Assembly (NCBI GenBank): GCA_951406725.2
Contig: OX597838.1
Coordinates: 41,726,001 to 41,790,000 of the forward strand
DNA: 64,000 nt
Direction of reading: 5' to 3'
Source: Octopus vulgaris
Taxonomy: Eukaryota
This document shows positions 1-15,044 of this stretch, one piece after another. Under the pieces are notes generated by a model. It made no database searches. It worked only from the letters and a program-made list of their open reading frames with translations, and was not told the origin of the DNA. The position numbers and the translations under genes are program-made. Within the stretch, counting starts at the first letter, position 1. The number at the start of each line of letters is the position of its first letter.

Positions 1-420
1 ATTCTGTTGATTCCTCACTAATATCTTCTCTCCATCATTGCTGGGTAGATGCCTTCTACCATGGCCTCAAGCTGATTACAGCCTACGAGTTACAACCAAA
101 AACTGTGCAGAAGCCTTTCATAAGGATTGTTTCTGTTCTTGTGTCTAGCAGCTGTCTTAATACACTTCTCTGCCCACCACCACTGCCACCACAACCTTAC
201 TCTTGGATGCCTTTAGCTGAGTTCTCCCTGTTGTATACCTTCAGACCAGACTTTTGATTTAGGAATTCCTCAATCATTCTGTCCCTTCTATCTCAGAAAT
301 CCTGAAAAGATCCAATTTCCTTACCTTTCTGATGAAGTTACGTAAATAAATAAAGGGAAAAAATCAAATTTACAAAATTCCATTATTATCATCATCATCA
401 TCATCATTATTATTATTATT

Positions 421-979
421 GAGTGAGAGAGAGCAGTGCATGCCATCAAAGTGACACTGGGGTAAAATATACGAAGCCCAGTATACCCATCATGACTACC
501 CGTCTGATAAGGGTACACCAGGCTCATGCATCACAACCATATGTGCGCAACATGGTGATCTCATATCAAGGTAAACAGCACATGACCTTGCAGGTGGGGC
601 CCAGTTAGAATTTTTTTCAGGTCGAGTAACCCATCCCGCTCAAACGGTCCCTGAATAAGGGTTGTTTAAGGATGTTGATCAAAACACAAATGTTTCCAGA
701 GGTGAATTATTCAAACCCCCAAAGAATCCCTCTCAACACATGGCTATGATGCTCCCCCACTACTTCTGCTCGTGATCAGAGATGCACATATCGTCAGCCA
801 CTAAGGGACATGCTCAACTGGTTAAGGTCAAACAACTGACAAGCAAATTTGTGGTATTGAGCAGAATATTTGCTGTAGCCCATCTTTTATACCAAGACAA
901 AACAATGTACATGATAACACTTCCAATCAGTTAAGATCAGAAGCCATGAGAGCCACTGCCTGGTTCTGCATCAGGGCAT

Positions 980-980
<1 letters not shown>
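421..980. mobile_element. Unclassified interspersed repeat embedded in an (ATT)n tract
   Basis: Flanked on both sides by (ATT)n; a diverged partial inverted copy lies at ~59340-59530. Confidence 0.65.
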
Positions 981-1010
<30 letters not shown>

Positions 1011-1019
1011 TATTATTAC

Positions 1020-1056
<37 letters not shown>

Positions 1057-1320
1057 GTTATTGTTATTGTTATTGGTGAGCTGGCAGAATCATTAGGATG
1101 TCAAGCGAAATGTTTAATGGCATTTCATCCATCTTTACATTCTAAGTTCAAATTCTGCCAAGGTTGACTTTGCTTTTCATCATCTTGGGGTCAATAAAAT
1201 AAGTACCAGTTTGGCACTGGGTCAATGTAATCAACTTATCCTCTCCTTCGAAATTGCTGACCTTGTGTCAAAATTTGAAACTATCATTATTATTATTATT
1301 ATTATTATTATTAATTACAG

Positions 1321-1458
1321 GAACAAGAAGATATGGCAGTCCAGATAGCTGAAATGATTATAAAAGATGTAACAGCCATCACTCAGGGTTCCAGTGTACC
1401 AAAAAATCCCTGTTCAGCACCTAAACAGACGACATGACCCTTACAAATATGAGATGAG
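1321..1458 (+). other. Candidate exon of a plus-strand transcript (phase 0 reads EQEDMAVQIAEMIIKDVTAITQGSSVPKNPCSAPKQTT*)
   Basis: ttacAG|GAA acceptor and perfect GAG|GTAAGT donor around unique sequence between two SINEs; stop at 1435-1437, other frames close early. Confidence 0.4.
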
Positions 1459-1959
1459 GTAAGTTGGATGAGGGGCAGGTATCAGAAATTGTTTGACAAC
1501 TGATAGATAGACTGTTACTGTAGGATTGTTTAATGATGTTGTTGTTGCTGTTGTTGTGGCAGCCAATTGTTAGTGTGTTGGATGAAATGTTTTGCAGTAT
1601 TTCTTCTGGTTCTCTGCATTCTGAGTTCAAATCTTGCTGAGGTCAACTTTGCCTTTCATCCCTCCAGGGTCAATAAAGTTAAGTACCAGTCATGTACTTG
1701 GGTGAATGGTTGAAATGTATTGACCTAACCCTTTCCTTCATCGGCCAACCCCTGCCCCTCAAAATTACTGGGCTTTTGTTAAAATTAAAAAACATTATTT
1801 TAATTAAATGACACCTCAAAGTGATAAACGTCTATGCATGAAAGATTGATGGAAAGGACCAAAAACAGTTGTGAATAAACCCCCATCATCAGCCAACTTT
1901 TATCCAGTGTCATCAGGATTTTGGTACTCAGGAATAGTTGGTGTGTGTATACGTGTCTA

Positions 1960-2373
1960 TTTACTCTTTTACTCTTTTACTTGTTTCAGTCATTTGACTG
2001 CGGCCATGCTGGAGCACTACCTTCTAGTCGAGTAAATCGACCCCGGGACTTATTCTTTATAAGCCTAGTACTTATTCTATCAGTCTCTTTTGCTGAACCG
2101 CTAAGTTACGGGAACGTAAACACACCACCATCGGTTGTCAAGCAATGGTGGGGGGGACAAACACAGACACACAAACATATACATACATACACATATATAT
2201 ACATATATACAACGGGCTTCTTCCAGTTTCCGTCTACCAAATCCACTCACAAGGCTTTTGTCGGCCCGAGGCTATAGCAGAAGACACTTGCCCAAGATGC
2301 CACGCAGTGGGACTGAACCCGGAACCATGTGGTTGGGAAGCAAGCTACTTACCACACAGCCACTCCTGCGCCT
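1960..2373 (-). mobile_element. tRNA-derived SINE family B (others ~16425-16820-, 20210-20613-, 23190-23365-, 27490-27620+, 28790-28935-, 35630-35745-, 58030-58195-)
   Basis: Head AGGCGCAGGAGTGGCTGTGTGGTAAG...GGGTTCAGTCCC, internal (TA/TG)n, tail GAAACAAGTAAAAGAGTAAAAGAG; three near-full-length copies align by eye. Confidence 0.9.
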
Positions 2374-2384
2374 ATATATGTATC

Positions 2385-5300
2385 ATCATTATCATCATTT
2401 AACATCTGGTTTTTTTTTTTATGATGTCATGGGTTGGACAGTTTGACAGGAGCTGGTGTCCCAGAGGACTATGCCAAGCTCTACTCTCAGTTCTGGCATG
2501 GGTTCTTCGGTTGAATGCCTTTTCTAATGCCAACCACTTTACAGACTGTGCTGGATGCTTTTTACATGGCACCAGCAGCAATGAGGTCACCAAAGAACTT
2601 ACAAGACAAGAACTCTCATCTGAGAGGGGGAGTGGTGTTGAGGGGGATGGCATTTTGTCAGGTGATGAAAGACTAAACTGTGATAAAAGGACAGAAACAG
2701 GTGTCTTGCTGTGGAAGAGATACATGGCTACCCCCGAGGGGGAGAGAGGAGATAGTGGTGAAGATGTGCCAGGATGTGCCATCAAGGGACAGGGGTGAGT
2801 GAGCAAAGAGAATAAGGGAGAGGGGAGGAGAAGGGGAATGCAGGAAGGGACAGGATGGCAACGAGACAGTTGGCAGCGGGGGGGGGGGCAGGAGAGAGAG
2901 ATGCTGCAAGGAGACGAGCTTTGTAATTTGGTAAATTTGGGGGGTGGGGTGGAGGTAGGGAGGTTGAATGAATGTAACGTGTAATACACTGCACTTGTGG
3001 ATGAGGTGAGCATGTCTTCTCAAGAACTTCATCTTGGTCCCTTGTCATCACCTCTGTGAGGCCCAACATCTTGAGATTGGCCCTCCTTACTTCATCCCAT
3101 GTTTTACTGGGTCTCTCTCTTCCACAGGCGCCTTCTTCTCTAAGCAACCAGCACTTCTTTATGCAACTGGGTTCATCCAAACCATTGCATTCTTCTCTCT
3201 TGTATCTGATTCCTCTTTTGTGCCCAACTTTTCTTTCAACACATTTGCACTTTGTTGTTGTACAACCATTGCAGCATACTAGCTTTTATTCTTTTCCAGT
3301 CTTTGCATGTTCTCTGCATTTGTGGCCCATGTTTCACTACCATGGAGAATAGTCAATAGTACACAAGCATCATACATTCTGCCTTTCATTACGAGAAAGA
3401 GGCCTTTTGTTGCCAACAGAGGTAATAGTTCTCTGAACTTCTCCATTCCATTCTATTCTTATTCTAGCAACTATACTTTCAGAACATTCTTATCCACTGC
3501 TAGTTTGGCTGCCTAGGTAACAGAAACTATCTACAACCCCTAGGGGTCCTCCTGAACATCTATTTCTTGTGTGTTCTTAAGGCTTTGCACATCTACTGCA
3601 TACAAAGACTGTTAACCTACCTGTTATTCCACTGCATCCCTTATGTGTCCATACTTATGGCCAACCCTCACCCTGCTCACAGCACCACTATACATGGCTT
3701 GTACAGCTCTAACAAGCCATTCAGCTTCTTCTAACTTCCTTAGAGATCACCAGGTAACAAAGCAAGTGATTCTGCCAAAAGGTTTCTCTAGATCTATGAA
3801 AGCCAAGTACAATGGTTCACTTTCAGCAAGATACTTCTCCTGCAACTGTCTCACTAGCAAGATGGCATCTGTGGTTCTCCACCTTGCCACAAAACCAAAC
3901 TATGTCTCATCTAGTCTAATTCTCAAATCATTTGGGCTATAATTCTCTCTCTGTGTAACATTCATGATGTGGTCCAGCAGTTAGATACCTCTAGTTTTCA
4001 CCTTGTAACAGTCAACTATAATGCTGCTACACCAATCATTGGGCATGACTCCTTCCTCTACCACTTGGTTGACCATACAGGTGACCAGGCTGTATCCTTC
4101 TCCACCACATATTTTAAGCATCACCACACTGATTCCTAATAGGTGAGGCCCTTTCTCTGTCTTCAGATCTTTCATTGCTTTATCTGTTATACTGCTGGTA
4201 ACTCTGATGGCTGATCCCTCTCTTTCGTTCATATTAGGTAGATTCTCCTTCTCCTATGCATTCTCCATATTTAGCAGCCTTTCATTATCTCTTTCTTCCA
4301 AGAATCACCAACTGCCATTATATCATTATCCATCTGCATACAGCTTCTCTTTTCTCTCTGATATTGTTCTTCAATCCAAAACACCCCATTATTTACATTT
4401 GGCGGATATTTGTCCTCATCTTGTTTGTTGTTAACACATTTCGGCTCATATACCCTCCAGCTTTCATCAGGTGTCTTGAGGAAATTTTGAACCTGGGTTC
4501 TCAATCCTAAGGTAATTTTTCGATGTTATCATTATTATTATTATTATTCAGGTCACTGCCTGGAATCGAACTCGGAATCTAATAATGATAATAATAATAA
4601 TAATAATAATAATATCTAAAAATACCTTAGGAATGAGAACCCAGGTTCGAAATTTCCCCAAGACACCTGCTGAAGGCTAGAGGGTATATCCACCAAAATA
4701 TTGTGTTAACAACAAACAAGATGAGGACAAATAACCATCAAATGTAAATAATGTACATAATTCCTCATCTCTTAAATATAGAACTGCAGAACACCTGATG
4801 CTTCTGCTTCTCATGTTGTAAAACTTTGGCAAATCTCTTACTTTCTGCTTCTTCCTTTGCTATGTAAACCTGTCTCTGAGCTTCCCCCCATCTGGCTACC
4901 TGATATAATTCTCTGCTACCACCATTTTTCCAGTCTTTCCAGGCTTGTCTCTTTGCTTTATGCATGGTCTGTCTCCTATTTCTTTATTAACAAGGGGCTA
5001 AACACAGAGGGGACAAACAAGGACAGACACACAGATTAAGCCGATTACATCAACCCCAGTGCGTAACTGGTACTTAATTTATCGACCCCGAAAGGATGAA
5101 AGGCAAAGTCGACCTCGGCGGAATTTGAACTCAGAACATAGCGGCAGATGAAATACCGCTAAGCATTTCGCCCAGTGTGCTAATGATTCTGCCAGCTCAC
5201 CACCTTTCAGCCTGGACAGGACTTTGCACCAGTCAGGGTTGGTCCGTTGTCTTACAGGAATTTCTAGTTGTCCTTTAAAACTATGTTTCCAACTCTTGTT

Positions 5301-5900
5301 CCTTCTTGTCAGATGCTTCCATAAAAACATCTCTAAATTTCTATCAGTCAGCTGGATCTCTGAGCTTCCATAACCTCTTTTTCCAGGCTGGCTTCTGTCT
5401 CTGAGTCCTTCTAGCTCTAATTCTGAAGTCACTAGCTACTAATCTATGTTAGGTTGTACATTCCTCACCAGAGAAAGACCTTGCATTTGCAAGTTTGTGT
5501 CTATCTCATTGCTGGGTGAGGATGTAATCAATCTGGCTTATGTGTGTCCCAGACTGATGAATGATTAGGTTGCTGGCTGGTTTCCTGAAGCTAGTGTTGC
5601 AGATCATCAAACCATTTGCATTACAGAACTGCAGCAACCTTTTTCCCTCCTCATTCCTAGAGCCAAAGGCATTACCATCATGTACACCTTGGAATCCATG
5701 TGAGTGCTGCCAACATGTCCATTAAAGTCACCAGATTCAATAACCAGGTGTCTGCCATTTGATATTGAGGAAGTCTGCAAAAGGATCTCCTAGAATTGGT
5801 CCTTCTGATCGTCAGCCAGCCTAAGCTGTGGAGCATTGGCAGAGATAAATGTAACTGGTGATTTATCTTAAGCTTAGCCTCAGCTCAACTTTCCCATCAT
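2385..5900 (-). mobile_element. Decayed long RTE LINE (endonuclease, RT, 3' end) interrupted by a PLE fold-back and a SINE
   Basis: RPSKTWDEV (3056-3130), MPNDWCSSIIVDCYK (3981-4232), GDFNG-like endonuclease motif ~5715-5735, (CAT)n tail at ~2385-2398. Confidence 0.85.
4387..4753. mobile_element. Inverted pair of Penelope-type terminal repeats, each with a minimal hammerhead-like motif
   Basis: Arms ~4387-4548 and ~4580-4753 are reverse complements; minus 4431-4475 reads GACAC-CTGATGA-AAGCT..AGCC-GAAA-TGTGTT. Confidence 0.75.
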
Positions 5901-5923
5901 ATATGCTCACCACCTCACTTTAT

Positions 5924-6298
5924 ATCATTCATTGTTTAATGTCCCTTTTCCCATTCTGGCATGGGTTGGATTATTTGACAGTAATTGATGAGCCAAAGGG
6001 TTCTTCTTTTGCATGGCTTCTGCAGCTGGAAGCCCTTCCTAATGCCAACCATTTTGCAGTGTGTACTGGGTGCTTTTTTTCTTGGCAGCAGTACAGGTGA
6101 GGTTGTGAAGCACCTGCAAGACAAGACCCCACCTCAACTGAGTGGAGTCTAGTATTGAAGAAGGGGAGAGTGTAATAGAGGGACAAGAGCAGGAGTCATG
6201 CTGAAGGGGCCAATACATAGCTTTCCCTTCGAGAGAGAGAAAGATGGTGAGGACACACCCTCAAGGTACAAGGTGAATATAAAAGAGAGGATAGAGAT
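5924..6298 (+). repeat. 375-bp direct repeat, copy 1 (RTE 3'-end-derived sequence in minus orientation)
   Basis: Near-identical to 58213-58587; ORFs 5936-6124 and 58225-58413 differ at one residue. Confidence 0.95.
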
Positions 6299-6470
6299 AA
6301 AGGTGGGTGGGCAGATAGTAAGTTAATAAGAGGGTGACAGATAAAACCATAAGCTCTGTGTATAAACACCTTCTTAAAAACAATTGTGTTAATCTTGAAA
6401 AAAATATTTCTTATTATTCTTCACTTCCAAATCTCCTAAACTCTTGTGTTTTTTTTTTCTTGCTTTACAG

Positions 6471-6614
6471 GTGTCAGGGGATGTAACATGGTGATCAATA
6501 TCAGGGGCTGCTCATTGTCGGGGAATCTTATATGCTGATCTAGAAAACATCAAAAGAAATCGTCCACCAAAACCTTCACAATTCTAACCAGAATCTCTGT
6601 CAATGATGAAGCAG
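6471..6614 (+). other. Candidate non-coding (UTR/lncRNA) exon
   Basis: Very strong acceptor ttttttttttcttgctttacAG|G; weak donor CAG|GTGCTG; stops in all three frames. Confidence 0.28.
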
Positions 6615-6792
6615 GTGCTGTGTGTGTGCATGTGTGTGTTTGGCCTTCCTCAACCGATGTTGTTAATAGAGGGGGGGTGCAGAGGGCAGCTGGCTTCCCT
6701 TTTTTTTTTCCTTTCTACTCACATCCTTCTTTCTCTTGGAGCCACCACTTCCATCACACATTCTTCTCTGCCTCCCCCTCAACCTCCTCCTC

Positions 6793-6835
<43 letters not shown>

Positions 6836-6890
6836 TGCCTTATTCTCTTCCTGCTGTACTTTTCCTTCTCTGTCTTTCTTTGTGTGTATG

Positions 6891-6943
<53 letters not shown>

Positions 6944-6983
6944 GTACATACACATATATACATATTTGTATATTATATAAATT

Positions 6984-7031
<48 letters not shown>

Positions 7032-7038
7032 CACATAC

Positions 7039-7071
<33 letters not shown>

Positions 7072-7206
7072 TATGCATTGCTATATACTTCTGCTCATTA
7101 ACCCTTCTTTTGCTGTTCAAATGTCAGTGTGTATATAGCCATGTTTGGATAAGTATTAATGTAGATATGTTGCAAAGGAGGAGGCAGGGTGTGGGTAAGG
7201 AGGACG

Positions 7207-7243
<37 letters not shown>

Positions 7244-7739
7244 GCAGTGTGATGCTGAGGACATGTAGTATGGGCTAAAGTGGTTGATGCTTACCTCTTT
7301 CTCTGCGTCATATCCTCAGCTCATCACTACAATGTTGTTTGAGAGAATCTGGCTGTCAGGTGGCTCTAAAGATGCCTTTTCTGTGGCCACCACCAGCTGT
7401 TGTTGTCGATGTTCTTTCTGTTATTGTTTGTGTACATGTGTAATTTTACACACACACACACTACAAACACGTAGACATGATGGTGAATGTGTGTAGAGTC
7501 TGGTGTTTGAATGGACTTCAAAACTTTAAACCTGCATCAAAAGGTACCGTCATCCGTGGTAAGGCCTTCACAAAGGAGAACAATTACTTTCATACAAAGC
7601 AGGCTGTTGGACGAACAATCTCCATGTGGGATTTGATGGTCAATTTACCTCATAATCTGTACAACAGACATGTAGTCACAAATTGATGTTCACTTTACAC
7701 TTTTATCTGTACATTGCTATATTAACACAATTGCCAGGT

Positions 7740-9010
<1,271 letters not shown>

Positions 9011-10250
9011 TGAAAGAGAGAAAATTCTTTCCCCGTCCTCTGTTGTTAATGATTTACTTTTGTAAAAGAACTGAATTTAACCAAAATGTTGTTTAGGAAG
9101 AAATGAAAATAGACAAATATAACCACATTATGATGGGAAATATATGTAAATATATACACACATAGTAATGTTGATGTTGACTTGCAACTCAAGTTTCACC
9201 AATTGACTCAGTTTTGACTCCTGATTTGAGGGGAATTTGGCTGCTATTCTTAGTAGGTCAGCTGACTACATGGAAACGATCTCTCTAGTGTAATGAAATA
9301 GGCATTAATTATAACCCCCCCCCCCCCCTAAAAAAAACAAAATCTGTGATTTTGTGCCTAAATTAGAAATTGTTATTTTGGTGAGCTGGTACAATTGTTA
9401 GCATGCCAGAGAAAATGCTTCGTGGCCTTTCTTCCAGCTCTGAACATTCTGAGTTCAAATTCCACTGAGGTTGACTTTGGCTTTTATTCTTTTGCACCAC
9501 CACCACCCTCATTCTCACCAAAATTCCAGACCTGGTGCCTATCGTCAAAAGAATTATTATTATTCTAAGAACAGTGGCAGAATTGATAGAATGCAAAGCA
9601 ATGCAATTTTTAATTCCATTTTCTGGGTTCAAGTCTCCCTTGGTGTCTCCGAGGGAATAAAATAAATATTGACTGTGAACATCTTCAATGTTTGTGGCCC
9701 TCTTTGTTGAAGTTGGAAATTATTCTTGTTATTAGCTTATCTGAATGGTGGTTGTGGACTGGCAGAATCGTTGGAGCATCAAATGAAATCTTTGTGCAAT
9801 TTGTTTTGGCTCTATACATTCTGAGTTCAAATCCTGCCCAAGCCAGCCTTGTTTTTTTACTCTTCCAGGGTTGATTTAATCATTGATTTCTTCTGAGTGT
9901 TTCTTTGGCCTTCAGCTGATCATTTTAGGGATACAAGTTCCTTTCTGTGAAATGTCACCAGAAAACAGTTACCAAATGGTGGAATATTCTAAAAACAGGA
10001 AGTCTCAGTGTATTGTCAGATATTTTAGCCCAGCTGACCCTTATTCAAATTCTTCAACCAATAATCTGCAATAAACATCAAACAAAAAACCACCAAAGGA
10101 GCCTCTGTGAGATAGATCAACATGCTAGTAACAGGAGCTAAATTCCCATGCCATTGAAGAAGTCTCTATGTAATTGCTCAACCAACATGTAGCAGCCAAA
10201 TGTCTTTGCACCATACGTATTGACTAATAGAAATCTTATCCCTGTACATT

Positions 10251-10339
10251 TTAGAATCCTAAACCCTTAAACCTCTGGGACGCCTGCTCAGTGGTTCGGT
10301 TCTGCCGAAGTCGGTTGTTGTCGTCGTCCTCTTTCATGT
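10251..10339 (-). other. Candidate small exon (D-MKEDDDNNRLRQNRTTEQASQRFKGLGF*)
   Basis: ctactttcAG|AC acceptor, locally CpG-rich non-repeat sequence, phase compatible with the 17362 donor. Confidence 0.28.
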
Positions 10340-13300
10340 CTGAAAGTAGACTTGAAACTACCGAAATATTTGTTATACAGTCCCAGCTTCTTGAAAGAGA
10401 TGGCACAGTACCTTCTCCAAAGCACAGTACCTTCTATAAGACTAAAATCTCTTTAGTCCAGGCCTTTCTGCTGACCCAATGATGGGACAAACTAGAAAAC
10501 TAACCATTTTCTTTTGTTTTCTGTTTTTGTTCAAACTGATCTACTCCCTTTTGTTGTGGTATTCTAAAGGATGTCCAACGAGGGCCAGATGCCCTTCCCA
10601 ATGCCAACCACTTCACAGAATATACTGGATGCTTCTTTCTGTGATACCAGTAGCAGTGATGTTGCTGAGTAACTTGCGAGTCAAAGAAAAGACTCTGCTC
10701 AGTCAAGGGTTTTGATTTGTGAGTCACTTGGCAACCTCACTTTCTGTAAAGAGACTGGTTTTAGGAAAGGGCATCCAGCCATAGAAACCATGCTGTTTTT
10801 TTTATCTCTTTTTTCTGTATCAGAGTTGGACCCTTTGGAAATCAAGTCATTGTAGTCTTCTTGTGTCTATTTCCGTTGGCAATTTTCTTGAGCTTCTGTA
10901 GAAATACCAGGAGATTTCAAAGAACTGTTGATGTCTGACAAACATTCCATGTTTCTGTGTCCTTGTGTCATTTATCTGTAAAGCAGTTTGTCTATGGCCA
11001 CTCAACTTCATAATGGTAGAGAATTATGAAAAACTAAGTCCAACACCCTCAGTCTTTCACACTGAGTTTAATGTCACTTCAGTCTTCTTTCAAAAGACAC
11101 TCACAGGTTGTTTATAGCAACAAAATAGTGAAGGCCCCTCCTACTCCAACAGAAAGGCTAGAAAGACATAAGGGAACCCATGTTTAAGTGTTGATATGGT
11201 GTCATAGCAATCATACATTGTTAACGATTGAATGGACTTGGATGTTGTGGTCATCTTGTCCTTTTCTCCATCAAACCACATTGTCTCATCATGTCTTCTC
11301 TGAGTTGAGGGAGATTCAACTGGTATTTACTGAACAAAATGGAGAGATATAACTATCACAGGTATTTTTGTTTGGGGGCATAATAATTACTGGTACAGGG
11401 TTACTAACTACTCTTGGGTGTCTTTTGAGCTTAGTATTACAAGCTAATCAAACATTCACCAATGATATAGTGTTCCTGCTGCCTACAGCAGTGACCTCTA
11501 CTTCTCTCCCCTAATATTTTACTTGGTGGGTTCAGTAATTTGTTGGTTTTGTCCTCCACAACAAAGCAGGAAGAGCCGTGGGAGACAAACCAGAAGCTGT
11601 TGAGATGGTAGGAGGGCCCTAAAATGTTGGGGGGTTCTGGCTTTGGTTTGTGGGGATCAGAAAGATGTTGAGGTGTGTCAAAGCAGACGTGTCTGTTTAT
11701 TGATGTAAATGCATGAATCAATGAGTCAGTATGGTATATATACACACACACACATATACATATTTATAAACACACACATACACGTGTATATGTCTATGTG
11801 TGTGCGTGTGTATATACATACACATATGCTCATACTAAACATGATGTAAAATATTAATGACTTTTTGGAGATAGGGGTGGGAACTAAGTTTTCTTTTTAG
11901 GCAAAATTTATTAACAACGGAGGGTGAGTAAAAAAGGTAAAAAAGCGGGGGAAAGAATATAGAAGAAAAATGGAGAAAAATAAAGATGTCTGAAATAAAA
12001 ATGAATGAAAGGTGATGAGAAAAGATTTTGAAAATGTTGTTATATGTAAAATAAAATTGTGAAATTGAGAATACAGAAGAGAGTGAAAACAGAAAGGATT
12101 TAGGAAGAAATTCCTTTATATTTTGCTGCCTTTAGCATTTTCTGTCTTCAAACTTGTCCAAGGCACACAAGAAGATTATCAACTTTGTTTCTCAGTTCAT
12201 CCCTTGTCCATGGTGATGAGCAAACAGATGAGCTGGTAATAATAATAATGATAAAAATAATAATAATAATAATGATTATAATGAATAAAATGAAATAAAC
12301 AAGTCTAATAATATTGGAAGCAGATTTCAGAAGATGTAATTTACCATACAGTCAACTAGCATCTTAGAGTAAACTGGTTATGATATCCAAAGTACCTTGA
12401 CTGTGGAGTACCTCAACCATCCCGGAGGGTTGCTCTGCAGACAATGGCACAGAAGGTAGCAGCTAGATACAGCCTGAGCCTCCTTAAGTTGCAAGGCATT
12501 GAGGACCTTCTGCTGTTCATCCCTCCCTAGAATTTCTTACTATTTTCATCCCACCCACTTCCTGTAAGACTGTTTTCCATCCACTTTTCTATGCTAGCAT
12601 GGATGGGATGAGATGAGATGGAGGGAAGAAGGGTCTTTCGCTGGTAAATTCAGAAGCTTAATTAATATTGTTAAAACCCTTTTTTTTTTTTTTTTAACAT
12701 TATGGAAATTCTTTATTTTACAACTGGATATCCATTTGTTGTTACTGCTAATTATTAACGTGTCAAAGAACTGTCTCAAGAACTATATTTAGAATCGAAC
12801 ACAATGGCAACGTTGGCAGCCAGGAATGGTCGATTAAATAAAACTGTCTTCTGGTATTTCCCAATGTCTCCAAACCTTCTGCCATGCGTGATTGACTTTT
12901 ATCCGTCATCCTCCCCCCTCTCCCCCCTCCCGTAAGATTGATCAAACCAAATATTAGTAATGATTAATAAACTTATTGGTGACTGATGGATGATTCGGTG
13001 GAATATTGGCCCCCAACACAACCACCTAAAAAAAAGTTGGTTCTTTGTGCCAAGCAGAAAGAAACCCCTCAAAATAGTCCAAGCCATGCCATTGTAGAAA
13101 TATGGAAGTTGATGATGAAAATATCATTGATCTGCATTGATTTTCCTTGCACACCCACCCCTCCACACCAATTTTATTAATTTTTTTTTTTACCAAAACA
13201 CCCCACCCTCGTCTCATTCACACCAAATATCAAAAATTCAGTTGTTTTTCATTTGTATTATATGCTTTATTTTTTTTTTCCAAATTTTTTTTTTTCAAAT

Positions 13301-13814
13301 TTTATTATTTTTTTTATGATTTTTATTTTTCTGTTGTTATTGTTGGTTGAGAAATGAAAATTGAAAAAGGAGAGAAAATTCAACTTGTACAATAAATTCT
13401 ATCTTCTAAACCTAATTCCCTTGTTTGCTTATTTCGTGTTTCCTCTTATTTCATGAATAACGAAGAGAACTGATCGTCAAATATGACTAACAGCTTCCTC
13501 CGTCTCATCCTCAAACATGCACATCCTCAAACTTCAGGGCCACCTTCATCTTTTCAGGGTCAATAAAAATATAAGAAACCACTCCATTTTCCAGCATGAA
13601 ACCATCTTACGTATAATAAAACGTAATGTCTCACCTGTCAGTCACACTAAAGAAAGAAGAGTAAAACAACAAACAAGGTGGGAGTGAGAGGCTGTCAAAG
13701 ACAGGTGAGCAGCATGCAAGGGTTTCGCTCTGAGGATGCTGGGATTTTAATTGAAATAAAACTGCATGTTTTTATTGTAAATCGTATTTAGTTTCTCTGT
13801 TCCACACACACCTT

Positions 13815-13847
<33 letters not shown>

Positions 13848-13852
<5 letters not shown>

Positions 13853-14875
13853 TTCCGTTACCTAGGTGATCAAGTAAGTAGCAGGGGCAGGTGTACTGAA
13901 AGTGTAACTGCTAGAGTAAGAATAGCCTGGGCAAAGTTCAGAGAGCTCTTACCTCTGCTGGTGACAAAAGGCCTCTCGCTCAGAGTAAAAGGCAGACTGT
14001 TTGAGGCATGTGTACGAACAGCCATGCTACATGGGCCGTGACTGCTGAGGATATGCGTAAGCTTGCAAGAAATGAAGCCAGTATGCTCCAATGGATGTGT
14101 AATGTCAGTGTTCATACCCGACAGAGTGTAAGTACCTTGAAAGAAAAGTTGGGCCTAAGAAGCATCAGATGTGGTGTGCAAGAGAGACGTTTATGCTGGT
14201 ATGGTCATGTGGTAAGAATGGATGAAGTTAGTTGTGTGAAAAAGTGCCACACCCTAGTGGTTGAGGGAACCTGTGGATAGGTAGACCCAGGAAAACCTGG
14301 GATGAGGTGGTGAAGCACGACCTTAGCTCTTTAGGTCTCACCGAGGAAATGACCAGAGACCGAGACCTTTGGAAGTATGCTGTGCGTGGGAAGACCCGGC
14401 AAGACAAGTGAGACCATAACCCGTGGCCTCTACTGGGATGTAGTCAGTCCACCTGTGCATGCCTTCCTTCTTGGGACACAAAACTCTACTTGTGAAGACC
14501 TGTTGAGGCAAGTGAAAATCGAAATCGATCAACATCAATGGAATTTGTAGTTGTGATACCAGTGACGGTGGCATGTATGAGAACCATCCGAACATGGCCG
14601 TAGCCAGTGCCCTCTGACTGGCCTCCGTGCCGGTGGCACATAACAAATACCATCCAAGTGTGGCCGTTGCCAGCCTCGTCTGGCACCTGTGTCGGTGGCA
14701 CATAAAAAGCACCCACTATACTCACGGAGTGGTTGGCGTTATGAAGAGCATCCAGCTGTAGAAACACTGCCAGATCTGACTGGGCCTGGTGCAGCCTTTG
14801 GGCTACCCAGACCCCAGTTGAACCGTCCAACCCATGCTAGCATGGAAAGCAAATGTTAAACGATGATGATGATGA
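13848..14875 (+). mobile_element. 5'-truncated RTE LINE, same coding family
   Basis: SFRYLGDQV, ERRLCWYGHVVRMDE, PRKTWDEVVKHDL; small frameshifts; (GAT)n tail; starts directly after (TA)n. Confidence 0.92.
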
Positions 14876-15002
14876 GATATATGTATGTAGATATATATAT
14901 ATATATGTAGATATATATGTATATGTATATATATGAAATTAAATATTAAACACTCTTGTTTTCAGAGTATTATTGTTCACATAACATTTATATATATGTA
15001 TG

Positions 15003-15044
<42 letters not shown>

